From positions 67,899 to 131,898 of the IMG/VR virus record IMGVR_UViG_3300043028_000007: a stretch of 64,000 nt of DNA, one strand, 5' to 3'. The notes below the pieces were generated by a model that was given only the letters and a program-made list of their open reading frames with translations, made no database searches and was not told where the DNA came from. Source of the stretch: a virus. This document shows, piece by piece, positions 40,279 through 50,506 of the stretch (its first letter is position 1; the number at the start of each line of letters is the position of its first letter). Position numbers and translations under genes: made by a program.

Positions 40279-41292
40279 ATGACTAAAATACCTGATATAG
40301 CCGAATTAGTAAGAGCCTATGAAAAAACTAAAAATAACGAAAATATGGGCAACTATAGTTTAATAATAGATTCTGTAAATTTCTTGTTAGAGTATAAAGA
40401 CAATAACTTAACTAGAAAAGAAACTATATATGGCGTTGAGGCTATATATGATAAAATAAAAGTAAGTATAGAAAAATTAGCAGACAATTTACCAAAAACT
40501 ATAAAGCATACTAATGTTACTATAACTGAACATATAAATACCACTAAGAAAAACCTTAAAAAACTAGAAAACAAATATACAATAATCGACGATACCATCA
40601 AGAACCTTGATGAAGATAAATTAAACGAAATAGAATTGATAGATGTCTTACCATATGAACTATATCAGCAGTTTCATAAATCCATATATGCTATATTTTC
40701 AATCGAGAATAGTTTTGCTAAGGACATTTTAAAAGGCAAAGACGATCTAACAAGCCAACAAATGAAAACCATTATAGATACTTGTGAAAATATACATGTA
40801 AATATAAAAGAAGATCCAATGGAAAATAGCGGATATAATTTCAGCGTATCTAAAGAGTATGCCAACTCTTTCATCAAAAAGAAAAGGTCTTTAAGTGACT
40901 TAGGTTATAATAAAAAATCAGTACAAAAAATATACTCTGACTTAAAAAATTATAGTAAAGAAATAAATAAGAAGACCAAAGAAACTATAGTTGAAGACAT
41001 TAAGAAAGCCGCTACTACTATATTGACTGATTTCAATAAATTAAGAAATGAAAATGTCGAAATATCTGCTAAAAAAATAATCACTACTACAGTCCAATTG
41101 TGTAGATGTTATTTTTACCTAAAGCTGTTAGTTGAATTATATAACGTAATAGCATGGGGACCATTTTATAGTTCCATAAATGTACTTCAAACGTTGGTAC
41201 AAAATAATGAGTCCGATTCTTCTGATACAGGAGATAGTTTAGTAGACGATAGTACCGATGAGGTTGAGGAAGATGAAGACATAGAAGAATAG
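40279..41292 (+). CDS. hypothetical protein, candidate internal head protein
   Basis: 337 aa, helical, with an acidic tail. GVE at about aa 52-54 fits the S/A/G-X-E prohead-protease site. Confidence 0.55.
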   Translation: MTKIPDIAELVRAYEKTKNNENMGNYSLIIDSVNFLLEYKDNNLTRKETIYGVEAIYDKIKVSIEKLADNLPKTIKHTNVTITEHINTTKKNLKKLENKYTIIDDTIKNLDEDKLNEIELIDVLPYELYQQFHKSIYAIFSIENSFAKDILKGKDDLTSQQMKTIIDTCENIHVNIKEDPMENSGYNFSVSKEYANSFIKKKRSLSDLGYNKKSVQKIYSDLKNYSKEINKKTKETIVEDIKKAATTILTDFNKLRNENVEISAKKIITTTVQLCRCYFYLKLLVELYNVIAWGPFYSSINVLQTLVQNNESDSSDTGDSLVDDSTDEVEEDEDIEE

Positions 41293-41323
41293 GTTATAAG
41301 GGGCATATAGCCCCTTATAACCT
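41291..41323. terminator. bidirectional terminator
   Basis: AGGTTATAAGGGGC-atata-GCCCCTTATAACCT between convergent genes. Confidence 0.8.
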
Positions 41324-41877
41324 TATGTATTTACCAGGTTTCTAATTTCGTTTAGGTCATAAGCTCCTGAATTACCTTCCTCATCGATCCATAGGACGAA
41401 TGTGGCCTTATCGAAAGAAGCTACAGTTTCTTCGATTTTACCAACAAGTAATGGACAAGATATATAGTAGTACTTTTTAATATCCTGTGTGCCAGATACA
41501 TATTTAATATATATATCATTTTCTAAAGGAATGTCGGTTATTTTACATTTTTTAACACGAGCTATCCATGCTATTATCTTACGATAAATTTTATCAGACG
41601 TGTCTTCAAACTTATCTATTGTAGTCTTGGCAGAATTAAATTTAGTTGCTGGAGATAACCATAAGTTATCGTAACAATTATCAATGCCGTCATTCAATAG
41701 TCTGGTTCCATTGGCAGAATCGACAAAGGCATCGAAACTTTCTCCATAGAACTCACATAGTTCTTTGGCCATATCCAGAAAATACGTTCGTGGTACACTT
41801 ATTGTACCAGATTTTACTATAGCTTTTAACAGAGGATAATTACAAGGATAATAGTGCTTAACTTTGATTTTTGACAT
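41323..41877 (-). CDS. hypothetical protein
   Basis: 184 aa with an AGGAG RBS and an upstream promoter-like motif at about 41937-41953. Confidence 0.75.
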   Translation of the reverse strand: MSKIKVKHYYPCNYPLLKAIVKSGTISVPRTYFLDMAKELCEFYGESFDAFVDSANGTRLLNDGIDNCYDNLWLSPATKFNSAKTTIDKFEDTSDKIYRKIIAWIARVKKCKITDIPLENDIYIKYVSGTQDIKKYYYISCPLLVGKIEETVASFDKATFVLWIDEEGNSGAYDLNEIRNLVNT

Positions 41878-41963
41878 AATAAATAAATCTCCTTTTATAT
41901 TAACTTATTTGTTATACGATTCTTTTATTCTGTATAATAATATATATTTAAAACACAATAGAA

Positions 41964-41991
41964 TATTAGGTGCAGGAAACTGCACCTAATA
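41964..41991 (-). terminator. hairpin terminator
   Basis: TATTAGGTGCAG-gaaa-CTGCACCTAATA. Confidence 0.7.
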
Positions 41992-41997
41992 CATTCA

Positions 41998-43419
41998 TTA
42001 TCTTTGTGTCAATATTACTAAACCATCACTTATTGTTATTTCTCTAATATCCTTATCCATTAAAGAAATCGAATACATTTTAGTAGGTGTACAATTGATC
42101 TTGATGATATGTAACTCTTGATAAAATATATCTTCATCTACATAAGATTTTAGTTTAGTCGATATATCTATTTCATCTGCTCTAAAATAAATTGGAACAT
42201 TACCTCGATCATTGAAATTTAGAGCCGGTAGAATAGCTTCTTTTCCTATCGTGATAGAGAAATTTTCACCTTCTAAGGTCATAGCACAGGCAGTACTTGA
42301 TTCACTTATTTTCTCTATCTGATAATGGTTATCATTGTATCTCAGATATATTGGTGTTTCTCTTGTTTCTAAAAGATGTTTGATCTCTTTAAATGAAGCG
42401 TCTGTATCTACATCTTCTATATTGATAGGTAAGTTAGTATTGCCGTCTATAGAAGTAAACCTATCTGCTCTAATACTTTTGTGGTCTCTAAAAGATGAAG
42501 TAGGTGAATTGTTAATCATGAATATGAAGTTATCTTGCCTACAAACTATGTATTTAGTAGTAGTGTCTATAGACCAGATAGTTCCATATTTCTTTTGAAG
42601 TGTAACTGATTTGAGAGGCTCAGATCTATTGGTAAATGTAACTTCATATACAATAGCTTTCTGAGTAAGAGGGATTTTGATATCAGTAGGCTTATATGAA
42701 ACACATATACCACACATAATACCCATTTCTTGAATAGACTTAATAAGTCCTTTATTGATTATGTACACTTTCTTACTAAATCCATCCTCATACCAATCAT
42801 CTTGTAGTCTTAGAAGTCGTTTAAAGAACTCACGACATTTTTCAGATGGAAGATAATTGTAACTAGATGGGATGATACATCTAATTTTACTGATTTCAAA
42901 ATAAGCATATATATCTTCTTCATATAGAATTTCATCGGATAATATGATGTAGTTGTCTCTAATGTACTTAGCCAATGAACTTGGGTTAAGTCTATCCTGT
43001 TCTTCGGCAACTAGATCTGGCCAACCTTTTTCATATTTGTCACTATAAAAATTACAAAGTCTATAATCCTCTATATGGTTATATATATCTAACTGATCCC
43101 ATCTAGTTGTTCCAGTACATACATGTATCAACTCATGTGGGATATGGTTATTTTGGAGCAATATAGTTGCTTTACCATTTATTACTTGATGTTTAAAGTT
43201 TTCAGATTCTAACGTAATAGCCTCATATGGAACATTAAATCTGATATTTTTCTTCAGTATATTGCTTAATATCAGATACCCATTGGCATTGATACCGAGG
43301 ACGGTACCTCCTTCTACAATATCTTCATAAGAACACCAACCCTCTCTGGATAAGATTTCTGTATCTTTAGTAAGATAAGTTTTGTGACAAATCGGTATTA
43401 ACATCGACATAACCCCCAT
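41998..43419 (-). CDS. free-standing protein made of degenerate intein (Hint) domains
   Basis: Block A-like YLTKDTEILSREGW..YEDI; LAGLIDADG-like remnants FFKRLLRLQDD...NKGLIKSIQEMGIMCG; block F/G-like YGTIWSIDT...IVCRQDNFIFMINNS; then a second Hint-like unit ending MYSISL...ITISDGLVILTQR. Confidence 0.65.
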   Translation of the reverse strand: MGVMSMLIPICHKTYLTKDTEILSREGWCSYEDIVEGGTVLGINANGYLILSNILKKNIRFNVPYEAITLESENFKHQVINGKATILLQNNHIPHELIHVCTGTTRWDQLDIYNHIEDYRLCNFYSDKYEKGWPDLVAEEQDRLNPSSLAKYIRDNYIILSDEILYEEDIYAYFEISKIRCIIPSSYNYLPSEKCREFFKRLLRLQDDWYEDGFSKKVYIINKGLIKSIQEMGIMCGICVSYKPTDIKIPLTQKAIVYEVTFTNRSEPLKSVTLQKKYGTIWSIDTTTKYIVCRQDNFIFMINNSPTSSFRDHKSIRADRFTSIDGNTNLPINIEDVDTDASFKEIKHLLETRETPIYLRYNDNHYQIEKISESSTACAMTLEGENFSITIGKEAILPALNFNDRGNVPIYFRADEIDISTKLKSYVDEDIFYQELHIIKINCTPTKMYSISLMDKDIREITISDGLVILTQR

Positions 43420-43472
43420 ATATAAATATATTTAATTGAATAGCTTCGGTTATAATATTCGTATAAAAAATA

Positions 43473-43506
43473 TACTAATAGGGTAGGATGACCTACCCTA
43501 TTAGTA
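43473..43506 (-). terminator. terminator hairpin
   Basis: TACTAATAGGGTAGG-atga-CCTACCCTATTAGTA with a T-run on the minus strand. Confidence 0.75.
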
Positions 43507-43530
43507 CTCAGATATAATGCATTATAGATC

Positions 43531-43959
43531 TTATTTGCACTTGTTTATAAAATTAGCTAATTGGCTTTCAAGAGATAGAGACTGTTTAGATTTTTCCTTC
43601 TCTTTTCGTTCTCTATTTATTTTAGATTGTAGAGCAAAGTTAGGTGGAGTATGTGGTATAAAGTCTTGAGATTTTTCCTCATAGACACCAAATACTCTAT
43701 CGTTAGTTTCGTCAACCAATTTATATTCCTCATAAGGAATAAAGAACAAGAACCCGAGAAGCATATTGAGTTTATCTTTATTTAATTTTTTCCAACTATA
43801 CTTTATGTCCAAATGATCGTTGACTTGTTTATCAGAAGGTTTGAGAATGAACGAAAGTTCCTCTTTTATATATGGGTCTGTGTCGATAGCATTGACCATA
43901 AGTTGTTTTGTTAAATTATTGTATCCTTTCGAACTGAATACTAATTCCATTTTAGCCAT
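43531..43959 (-). CDS. hypothetical protein
   Basis: 142 aa with an AGGAG RBS. Confidence 0.7.
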   Translation of the reverse strand: MAKMELVFSSKGYNNLTKQLMVNAIDTDPYIKEELSFILKPSDKQVNDHLDIKYSWKKLNKDKLNMLLGFLFFIPYEEYKLVDETNDRVFGVYEEKSQDFIPHTPPNFALQSKINRERKEKEKSKQSLSLESQLANFINKCK

Positions 43960-43974
43960 TTCTTTTTTATCTCC

Positions 43975-45915
43975 TTAATATAGAGTTATTTCGTGGTGTG
44001 TTTTACCTAATCGACTATATAGCAACAAACGATTCTGAAAATGCCTTACTTGTGCTGTAACCGAAGCATTGTAACTATATACGAATTCAGGAGTATCGTC
44101 TTTCAATTCTCTTGCCCTACCGAGTACCTGTATAAGAGGGTTTTCAGCCGAGAAAGAACTATTGAGTATTACTGTTCTTAAATTTCTAATATCTCTTCCT
44201 GTTCCAGCTGAGCCTATAGTCGATATGATGATATCAGAAGCATCTAATACATCGTCTTCTGTTTCATATACATAGACCTGTGTCTTATAAGCAAACTCCT
44301 TATCCAAGTACTCTTTTATAGTTTCACACATCTTAACTGAACTAGCTATTATCAAAGCTTTCTGATTAGGCTTTCGTATCTTATGAAACTTTTCTCTTAT
44401 AGGAATACCAACGGTATAATTAAGATATTTAGCTAAGCTATCTTTGTCTTTCATTAATTGAGTTTCATAGCGGAATTGATTATATCCCTGATTAGTCATA
44501 AATTTATCCGGGTGCTTCATAATTAAGTTATATTTATATGCCGTTATATTGACATACCGTTTATAATTAGCACCACCATAAATCATATTGCTTGGAAAGA
44601 CAGTTCGAAATATTCTATTGCCTTCTTTACTCGTTCTCTGATAAGTAGCAGAAAGATAGACATTGTGATAAACGGATAAATTCAAATCTATCTGAACATT
44701 AGCGGCAAAGTTAAGATGAACTTCATCTATTATCTTAAGTCCTATTCCTAGTTGCTTAAAGAATTTTTCTGCTTTAGGAAGTTTTCTATATGGCTTCTTT
44801 TTCCTAGCAACGTAGTTTCTGATTGTTCCCGTAGACACTAATAATACCTTAGGTAACTCAGCATCACTATCGTACATTTTCTTTAGTTTAACTAGACTAT
44901 CGTAACCTTTTATAGTGTATACCTCATCTAGCGTAAGATTAGTCATATTGAGAATTTCTTCTTCCCATTGTTCTATAAGACCACTTACTACTATCATAGC
45001 CCTTTGTTTTATTTTGGCTATAGTTTTAATGGCACAATAAGTCTTTCCTGAATTATGTACCAAGATATCGTTTGCATAAAAATTGTTGTATGGTGACTGC
45101 ATACCGATGTCGTAAGTAATGTCTTCTTTAAGAGGTCTGATTAACAATACTTCACTATATCTATGGAAACCTTTTCTTTTGTGACGAACTTTGTCACCGG
45201 GTTTAACTTGAGACAACGGTAAGAATTTGTATTTAAACCATCCGGTCTTAACAGCAACTCTATGATCATTAGTCATATCTAACCAAAGACCATTTACTAA
45301 TACTATTCTCCAGAGTTCTTGTTCCCCAGTTTCTTCTACAAAATTGATCTTGTTGTTTTTCTTAAACCATTTACCTAATGATTTAGTAACCAACTTATAT
45401 TTCCTATAAGCTAATTTCCTTATAAATAATTCCTCTATAGTAGAAGATATATTTTCATTATTGACTTTATAGTCTATCCAAGAATCCCTATGCAAACACC
45501 CTGTTTGTAGAGACAACGCTTTCATATATTTATCTTGACATAAAAAATCCACAGCATCTGTCTGATTCTGGTTTCGATCTTTATACATAGACTGCATTTC
45601 GATATTTATCTTTTTACCAGGATTTATTTTCTTTTCTATAATACGTATCTCATGTTCTTTAACATTCTTTTCATATAGGGTATTTAAGAATAGTGGTAGA
45701 TAGTTAATCGGTAGATACATTCTTTTCTTTTCTTTATCGTATCTAGCATAACGCTTATCTATCTGCCAATATTTAAATCTAAAATTAAACTTATGTTCAG
45801 TTAGGTGTTTTTCTAAAAAATCACTTATATTGACTCCATTACATATAATCCCGTGTTCGGGACATCGGAACCAAAAATAAGTACTACCTTTACTGATAAT
45901 GATTTTATATGTCAT
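43975..45915 (-). CDS. superfamily 2 DNA/RNA helicase (phiKZ gp75-like), intein-containing
   Basis: Walker A LQTG|SGKT after intein removal, DEVH, LSAT, TGRDI and QVLGRAR; syntenic after the nvRNAP beta' gene. Confidence 0.9.
   Translation of the reverse strand: MTYKIIISKGSTYFWFRCPEHGIICNGVNISDFLEKHLTEHKFNFRFKYWQIDKRYARYDKEKKRMYLPINYLPLFLNTLYEKNVKEHEIRIIEKKINPGKKINIEMQSMYKDRNQNQTDAVDFLCQDKYMKALSLQTGCLHRDSWIDYKVNNENISSTIEELFIRKLAYRKYKLVTKSLGKWFKKNNKINFVEETGEQELWRIVLVNGLWLDMTNDHRVAVKTGWFKYKFLPLSQVKPGDKVRHKRKGFHRYSEVLLIRPLKEDITYDIGMQSPYNNFYANDILVHNSGKTYCAIKTIAKIKQRAMIVVSGLIEQWEEEILNMTNLTLDEVYTIKGYDSLVKLKKMYDSDAELPKVLLVSTGTIRNYVARKKKPYRKLPKAEKFFKQLGIGLKIIDEVHLNFAANVQIDLNLSVYHNVYLSATYQRTSKEGNRIFRTVFPSNMIYGGANYKRYVNITAYKYNLIMKHPDKFMTNQGYNQFRYETQLMKDKDSLAKYLNYTVGIPIREKFHKIRKPNQKALIIASSVKMCETIKEYLDKEFAYKTQVYVYETEDDVLDASDIIISTIGSAGTGRDIRNLRTVILNSSFSAENPLIQVLGRARELKDDTPEFVYSYNASVTAQVRHFQNRLLLYSRLGKTHHEITLY
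45052..45498 (-). mobile_element. mini-intein (149 aa) in the helicase Walker A motif
   Basis: Starts CLHRDS, block B MTNDHRV, block F TYDIGM, ends NFYANDILVHN followed by Ser; no endonuclease domain. Confidence 0.93.
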
Positions 45916-45978
45916 ATACTAAACCCTTCTTATAGATGTACATTGTCTCCTTATGTTATTGTGAAAAAATATAATAAA

Positions 45979-46002
45979 TAACAGGGGAAGTTTCCCCTGT
46001 TA
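45979..46002 (-). terminator. terminator hairpin
   Basis: TAACAGGGGAA-gt-TTCCCCTGTTA with a T-run on the minus strand. Confidence 0.7.
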
Positions 46003-46006
46003 CCTA

Positions 46007-47923
46007 CTATAGATTTAGATATTTGTCATAATCTGATCCTTGTCTTGGTACTGTAAATGCCTGTGGCTTAGCCAGTTTGTCAAAAAGAGACTTACCGTAT
46101 TCTAATAAAGTCCCTATGCTTTGATTAACTATTATGTCTTCGTTTGAACCCATACATATAGTCTTATCTATATCTTCTGGATTTATTATAGGAAGGACAT
46201 AACAATCTCTATTGGTTATTAGGTTAGCTCGTATTATTGCTTCCAGATGTATAAAGTTAATATCTGTCTTATGATAAATTAGATAAGACAAATCTTTAAA
46301 TACCGCTGAGAGCGATTTATAACTACGTAGATTAGCTCCAGAGAAATTCTTGATCTTATCAACGAACATCATAATAGAGTCATTAATAACTGGAGTTCTC
46401 ATAATAGCTTGTTTGGTATCAAAGTCTCCTATGTCGATAACCAGATGATCGTCTATAATTTCGATCTCATCATAATTATCTTTTATATACTGCAAGAATT
46501 CCTGACTAAAGAAAGGATATGTTTTATTATACGACATATCGTTTACTGTAAATTCTACAGATCGATCTTTCTTATTGAGTATCGTTAAGCTAACTATGGT
46601 ACTAAAATAATCCTCATTGATAGCAGATAAGTCATCGATATTAAACAAATCTGTTATATAGCTCATGTAATTAACTGGTATTGCTAATAAATATTTCTCC
46701 TTAAAGTTCTCAACTATACTTGGATTTATAAACAATTCGTTCTCTTTTACATTAAGTATATATGAGAGAGCTTTATCTGGTTTATATAGTACAGTTGTAG
46801 TACTTTGGAAATGTTTTGCACTTAGTACTTTTTGTACAGTTGGGCGAGATAATGCCACAGAAGATACCATGCCGACTTTGATATTATTCGGATAGTAATA
46901 TGCAGCATGTCCAGCACAGGACGCACAAAACCCATCCTTATGCTTACAGCCACAAATAGTTCTAACGGATATAGTTCTACCATCTATGTCCTGATGGTTA
47001 GTATGGTCTACTATGAACTCTTTATCATGAAACTTTACCTTTTTACCTATCAGGTTTTTACTTGACTTAGGTATTACGTGATAAGATAGATAAGTCTCAT
47101 TACCACAGTCATCAGGATAAATATATTTAAATTTCGAAGTGATTAGATGAAGAGATTTGGAATAAACCGAAGCGTCTGGAACACCAGCTTTGTTATAAAA
47201 GGCTGCTTTCTTAGCAGTTGTAAATTCGACTAATGCTTCTTGTATAGTCTTGATGCCGTTGTAGAAACTGCTCTTGATTGGATACGTAATGAGTAAGTCA
47301 TTGATATCTGCTCTTGTACCAACTGCTAATAGCATCTGTCCTATCTGTTTGGTATTTACCAAACCTAGTCTAATATATGGATACAATACATTATTTTCTA
47401 ACTCACCTTCTTTCTTAAGAAGATCCATAAATTTATCCATATTGTCTGTAAGGGCCTTTTCTACTACTTTAGTTTGTGTATTTTCATCTATATTTAGATT
47501 ATCTGTTATTTTCCTAACCTTGTCTTGTTTCATTAGTCTGGCAAGATCAGTTCTCGATAAACTTGTATGGTATTTGTTACAATGCCTCAATATGAATTTA
47601 CGTATTCCATTGAGTACTTTCCAAAAACTATATTGGACATATGTGTGACCCAATTGGTCAATCGAGTCATCGTATATTTTGGTAAGTAACTTTGTTATCG
47701 TTTTACTAGTCACTACGGTATCATCAAATCTATATTCCGATTTAAATATCATATCCCATTCGATTATTATATTCCATATATACAGATAGATAATCACATA
47801 GCTTTTCCTTATCTTTTCTGTCTTATCATCGAAAACTACTTCTACGTATCTGTCTTCTAGATTAAGTAATTTCACAACCGTATCTTTATAATACAATATG
47901 TCTTTTTTAGTTATGGTTACCAT
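46007..47923 (-). CDS. rpoC: non-virion RNA polymerase beta' subunit, C-terminal part (phiKZ gp74-like)
   Basis: PIKSSFYNG, DDCGN, the zinc site RTICGCKHKDGFCASCAG, and trigger-loop-like QKVLSAKH. Confidence 0.88.
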   Translation of the reverse strand: MVTITKKDILYYKDTVVKLLNLEDRYVEVVFDDKTEKIRKSYVIIYLYIWNIIIEWDMIFKSEYRFDDTVVTSKTITKLLTKIYDDSIDQLGHTYVQYSFWKVLNGIRKFILRHCNKYHTSLSRTDLARLMKQDKVRKITDNLNIDENTQTKVVEKALTDNMDKFMDLLKKEGELENNVLYPYIRLGLVNTKQIGQMLLAVGTRADINDLLITYPIKSSFYNGIKTIQEALVEFTTAKKAAFYNKAGVPDASVYSKSLHLITSKFKYIYPDDCGNETYLSYHVIPKSSKNLIGKKVKFHDKEFIVDHTNHQDIDGRTISVRTICGCKHKDGFCASCAGHAAYYYPNNIKVGMVSSVALSRPTVQKVLSAKHFQSTTTVLYKPDKALSYILNVKENELFINPSIVENFKEKYLLAIPVNYMSYITDLFNIDDLSAINEDYFSTIVSLTILNKKDRSVEFTVNDMSYNKTYPFFSQEFLQYIKDNYDEIEIIDDHLVIDIGDFDTKQAIMRTPVINDSIMMFVDKIKNFSGANLRSYKSLSAVFKDLSYLIYHKTDINFIHLEAIIRANLITNRDCYVLPIINPEDIDKTICMGSNEDIIVNQSIGTLLEYGKSLFDKLAKPQAFTVPRQGSDYDKYLNL

Positions 47924-47925
47924 CT

Positions 47926-50076
47926 TTATTCGCCTCTTATCTGTTTGATTAGCTCTATAAGTTCTTCCTCACTATACTTAAGCTCCGTATCGTCGATATT
48001 TATTCCTGCCGTTTTGAAAAATATTTTTGTCATTTTCAAGATGGTATTCGTATTAAATAACTCCTCATTACTAATATCTACTCGTTTAATCGCAGATGGT
48101 TTCTTACTATGCAATAAAGTTTCCATTAGTTTATTTACACCAATAGGACTATTTGCATGTAGATTAAATAATCTTGGAATTTCACCTGTCTTATCTCCAG
48201 CTTCCAAAAGCCTCATTTCATCCTGACCAATTACTTTTACAGGAGTCATTTTTAGAAAAGATTCTGAAGAAGCTCTTTTATTTGGTCTGATAGGATGACC
48301 AAAATGACTGACATATCCAAATCCCGGTGCTGTTGGTTCTGGCTTAGCATAAAGAAGATAGATATATTTGCTACCTATACAGATAGGTAATTTAGTCCTT
48401 TCTCTTTTCTTTGAGCCATCTTCTTCTATGATATTGAATTCCACAGGAGTACTATGTGAACCATACTCTTCTTCTAATTGAAGATATAGATCATCTGTAA
48501 GTCCTTCAAGGAAAGGCGGTAGATTGATATATATACCTTTGGAAATACACTCATTCACATACTCCTTTTGATTTTCAGGAGTATTGCATATCTGATCAAT
48601 TAAATCAACATAGTTAGGATTTAGTTTTCGGAGATAATCGATGACATAATCGTATCCCTTACCTGCTTCGAGATTTCGTCTAACAAATTCAGAGGTCCGA
48701 TTAATAAACTGTTCATCCAACATTCCACTATTCATTCGTGAGGGAATACCAACTGGAGATATAATGAAATCGGCTCTTATCCCCTTATCATCGACTGGCA
48801 TGTCTTCATCGTCCATTATAACTGAAGCAGTACCTTTTCCTCCATCTCTTCCTGTAAGCTTATATCCAAGTGTAGGTATAACTTCTATTCCATAAGTTAC
48901 TTTAATTCTGATATAGTCGATCTCATTATCTTTATCTATGAAATCTGATCTATTATAACTACGTAAAGACTTTCCGCCGATTGTCTTATTGGACAAGTCA
49001 TTTAATTTGACTTTACTACTAATTAGATATTTATAGGAATTGAAAACGAGAGTCTCGAATTTAGGACTAAATAGGCATTTGTTTTTATGTTTCTCATATA
49101 TGGAAACTATCGATTTGTGTCTTCTTACTGAACCATCGATATATTTGTCCAGTTGTGAAAATAACTTATCATTGTCATAATTAGCCTTGGATTTTGCTAC
49201 TGGATTTTTCCAAATATCTATATCCAATATAGTTGCTCCGGGAGAAGCCTTTATAGGTCTATCATGGAAAGGAGATATGTTACCTATATTAGTATCCAAA
49301 GTATCTGACATAAAGGTATATCCATTACTTTCTCTAAATGCACACAATACCCCATCGTCATTTACAAACTCTCCTATATCTGGCATGAATTTATGTTCAT
49401 TGGCGTTGTATATATAGAGAGGATGGTAATAAAATGGTATATCAAATTCCTCTGTATATATCGAATATGTTGCCAATCTATTTGCCAAGCTTTTAGATAT
49501 AATGAAACTATCTTCGACTGTACCAGGCAAGGTCATTATAGCCATATTTGCGTTTGTGCCTAAACAATATACTCCAGGTTCGGTCTCTATACTGCTTTGA
49601 GTAAATTTAGTACCTCCCATAACGAAGGTATCTTTATTTAGCAGATGTATATTTTTCTGCTTGTTCTTAAATCCAAATCCATCAGATCCTTTAGTAAATG
49701 TAGATATCTCAATGTAATCTATCATATTACTTCCGAGTTCTTTATATACTACATACATCTTGTTATTGGTAGTTATGGTATTGTAACCCAATCCCAAACT
49801 ATATTTTGGAATAGTCTCTACTATAACTGAATCAGTAGGTATCTGATCGTATAAATTGCTTTTATCGTACTCACTTAATTTAGACTCATATCCTTTATAT
49901 ATGTAAGGGAAGTCTGATTTCAACAATGCCAATGCTTGCGTCATGTGCTTAGACAACATTTCCATACGACCAGCCGATGTACGATCCGGAAAAGTAGCCA
50001 TATTTCCTTCTAATGCTAAACATCTATGATCGACAGTACAGTTATCCGCATATTTATAGTCTTCCTGAAATTTCAA
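47926..50076 (-). CDS. rpoB: non-virion RNA polymerase beta subunit, C-terminal part (phiKZ gp71-73-like, uninterrupted)
   Basis: R..M...HMTQA, LGTNANMA...VEDSFIISKS, GYKLTGRDGGKG, DMPVD..GIRAD, SRMNSG and GQDEMR; TTG start with an AGGAG RBS. Confidence 0.9.
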   Translation of the reverse strand: MKFQEDYKYADNCTVDHRCLALEGNMATFPDRTSAGRMEMLSKHMTQALALLKSDFPYIYKGYESKLSEYDKSNLYDQIPTDSVIVETIPKYSLGLGYNTITTNNKMYVVYKELGSNMIDYIEISTFTKGSDGFGFKNKQKNIHLLNKDTFVMGGTKFTQSSIETEPGVYCLGTNANMAIMTLPGTVEDSFIISKSLANRLATYSIYTEEFDIPFYYHPLYIYNANEHKFMPDIGEFVNDDGVLCAFRESNGYTFMSDTLDTNIGNISPFHDRPIKASPGATILDIDIWKNPVAKSKANYDNDKLFSQLDKYIDGSVRRHKSIVSIYEKHKNKCLFSPKFETLVFNSYKYLISSKVKLNDLSNKTIGGKSLRSYNRSDFIDKDNEIDYIRIKVTYGIEVIPTLGYKLTGRDGGKGTASVIMDDEDMPVDDKGIRADFIISPVGIPSRMNSGMLDEQFINRTSEFVRRNLEAGKGYDYVIDYLRKLNPNYVDLIDQICNTPENQKEYVNECISKGIYINLPPFLEGLTDDLYLQLEEEYGSHSTPVEFNIIEEDGSKKRERTKLPICIGSKYIYLLYAKPEPTAPGFGYVSHFGHPIRPNKRASSESFLKMTPVKVIGQDEMRLLEAGDKTGEIPRLFNLHANSPIGVNKLMETLLHSKKPSAIKRVDISNEELFNTNTILKMTKIFFKTAGINIDDTELKYSEEELIELIKQIRGE

Positions 50077-50127
50077 ATGCGTCTCCTTTCATTTTATAAT
50101 TCAGGTTATTAATATTCTATTCTTTAA

Positions 50128-50145
50128 GATAATATATATTTTAAA
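50128..50145 (-). promoter_or_regulatory. early-promoter-like motif variant (TATATTAT)
   Basis: TTTAAAATATATATTATC on the minus strand upstream of the nvRNAP beta gene. Confidence 0.5.
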
Positions 50146-50170
50146 TCGAGATGAAGGAAGGTGGTGAAAT

Positions 50171-50506
50171 ATGTCATTGATAAATTTAATAGATCGGAAA
50201 ATAAAGGAAGGTCAGTACTATGATACTGATAGTAAGTGGCGTCAGTTTATAATAGATCATAAACTTTATTTAAAAAATAACTCAATCAAAAGATATCCAA
50301 GCGAAACCTATTTAAATAAATATAAATACGATCTCTCCGGATATCTTAGATCATTAAATATGCCTGCCAGTTGTACTTGGATAGTACGAATAATAAACGA
50401 TATGCCTACAGATAAAGAATTTGTCAATATCAAAAGCATATATGTGCCAGAGTTGCCTATAATCAAAGATCTATTTAAAACTTACCGGACCATTTACTAT
50501 AGCTGA
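50171..50506 (+). CDS. hypothetical protein (possible baseplate wedge/LysM-like)
   Basis: 111 aa with YKYDLSGYL....P...WIVRIIN....IYVPE. Confidence 0.55.
   Translation: MSLINLIDRKIKEGQYYDTDSKWRQFIIDHKLYLKNNSIKRYPSETYLNKYKYDLSGYLRSLNMPASCTWIVRIINDMPTDKEFVNIKSIYVPELPIIKDLFKTYRTIYYS

Noticed and set aside
47926-50076. Intron expected in the gp71-73-like gene as in phiKZ
   Set aside because: The ORF is continuous through all conserved motifs.
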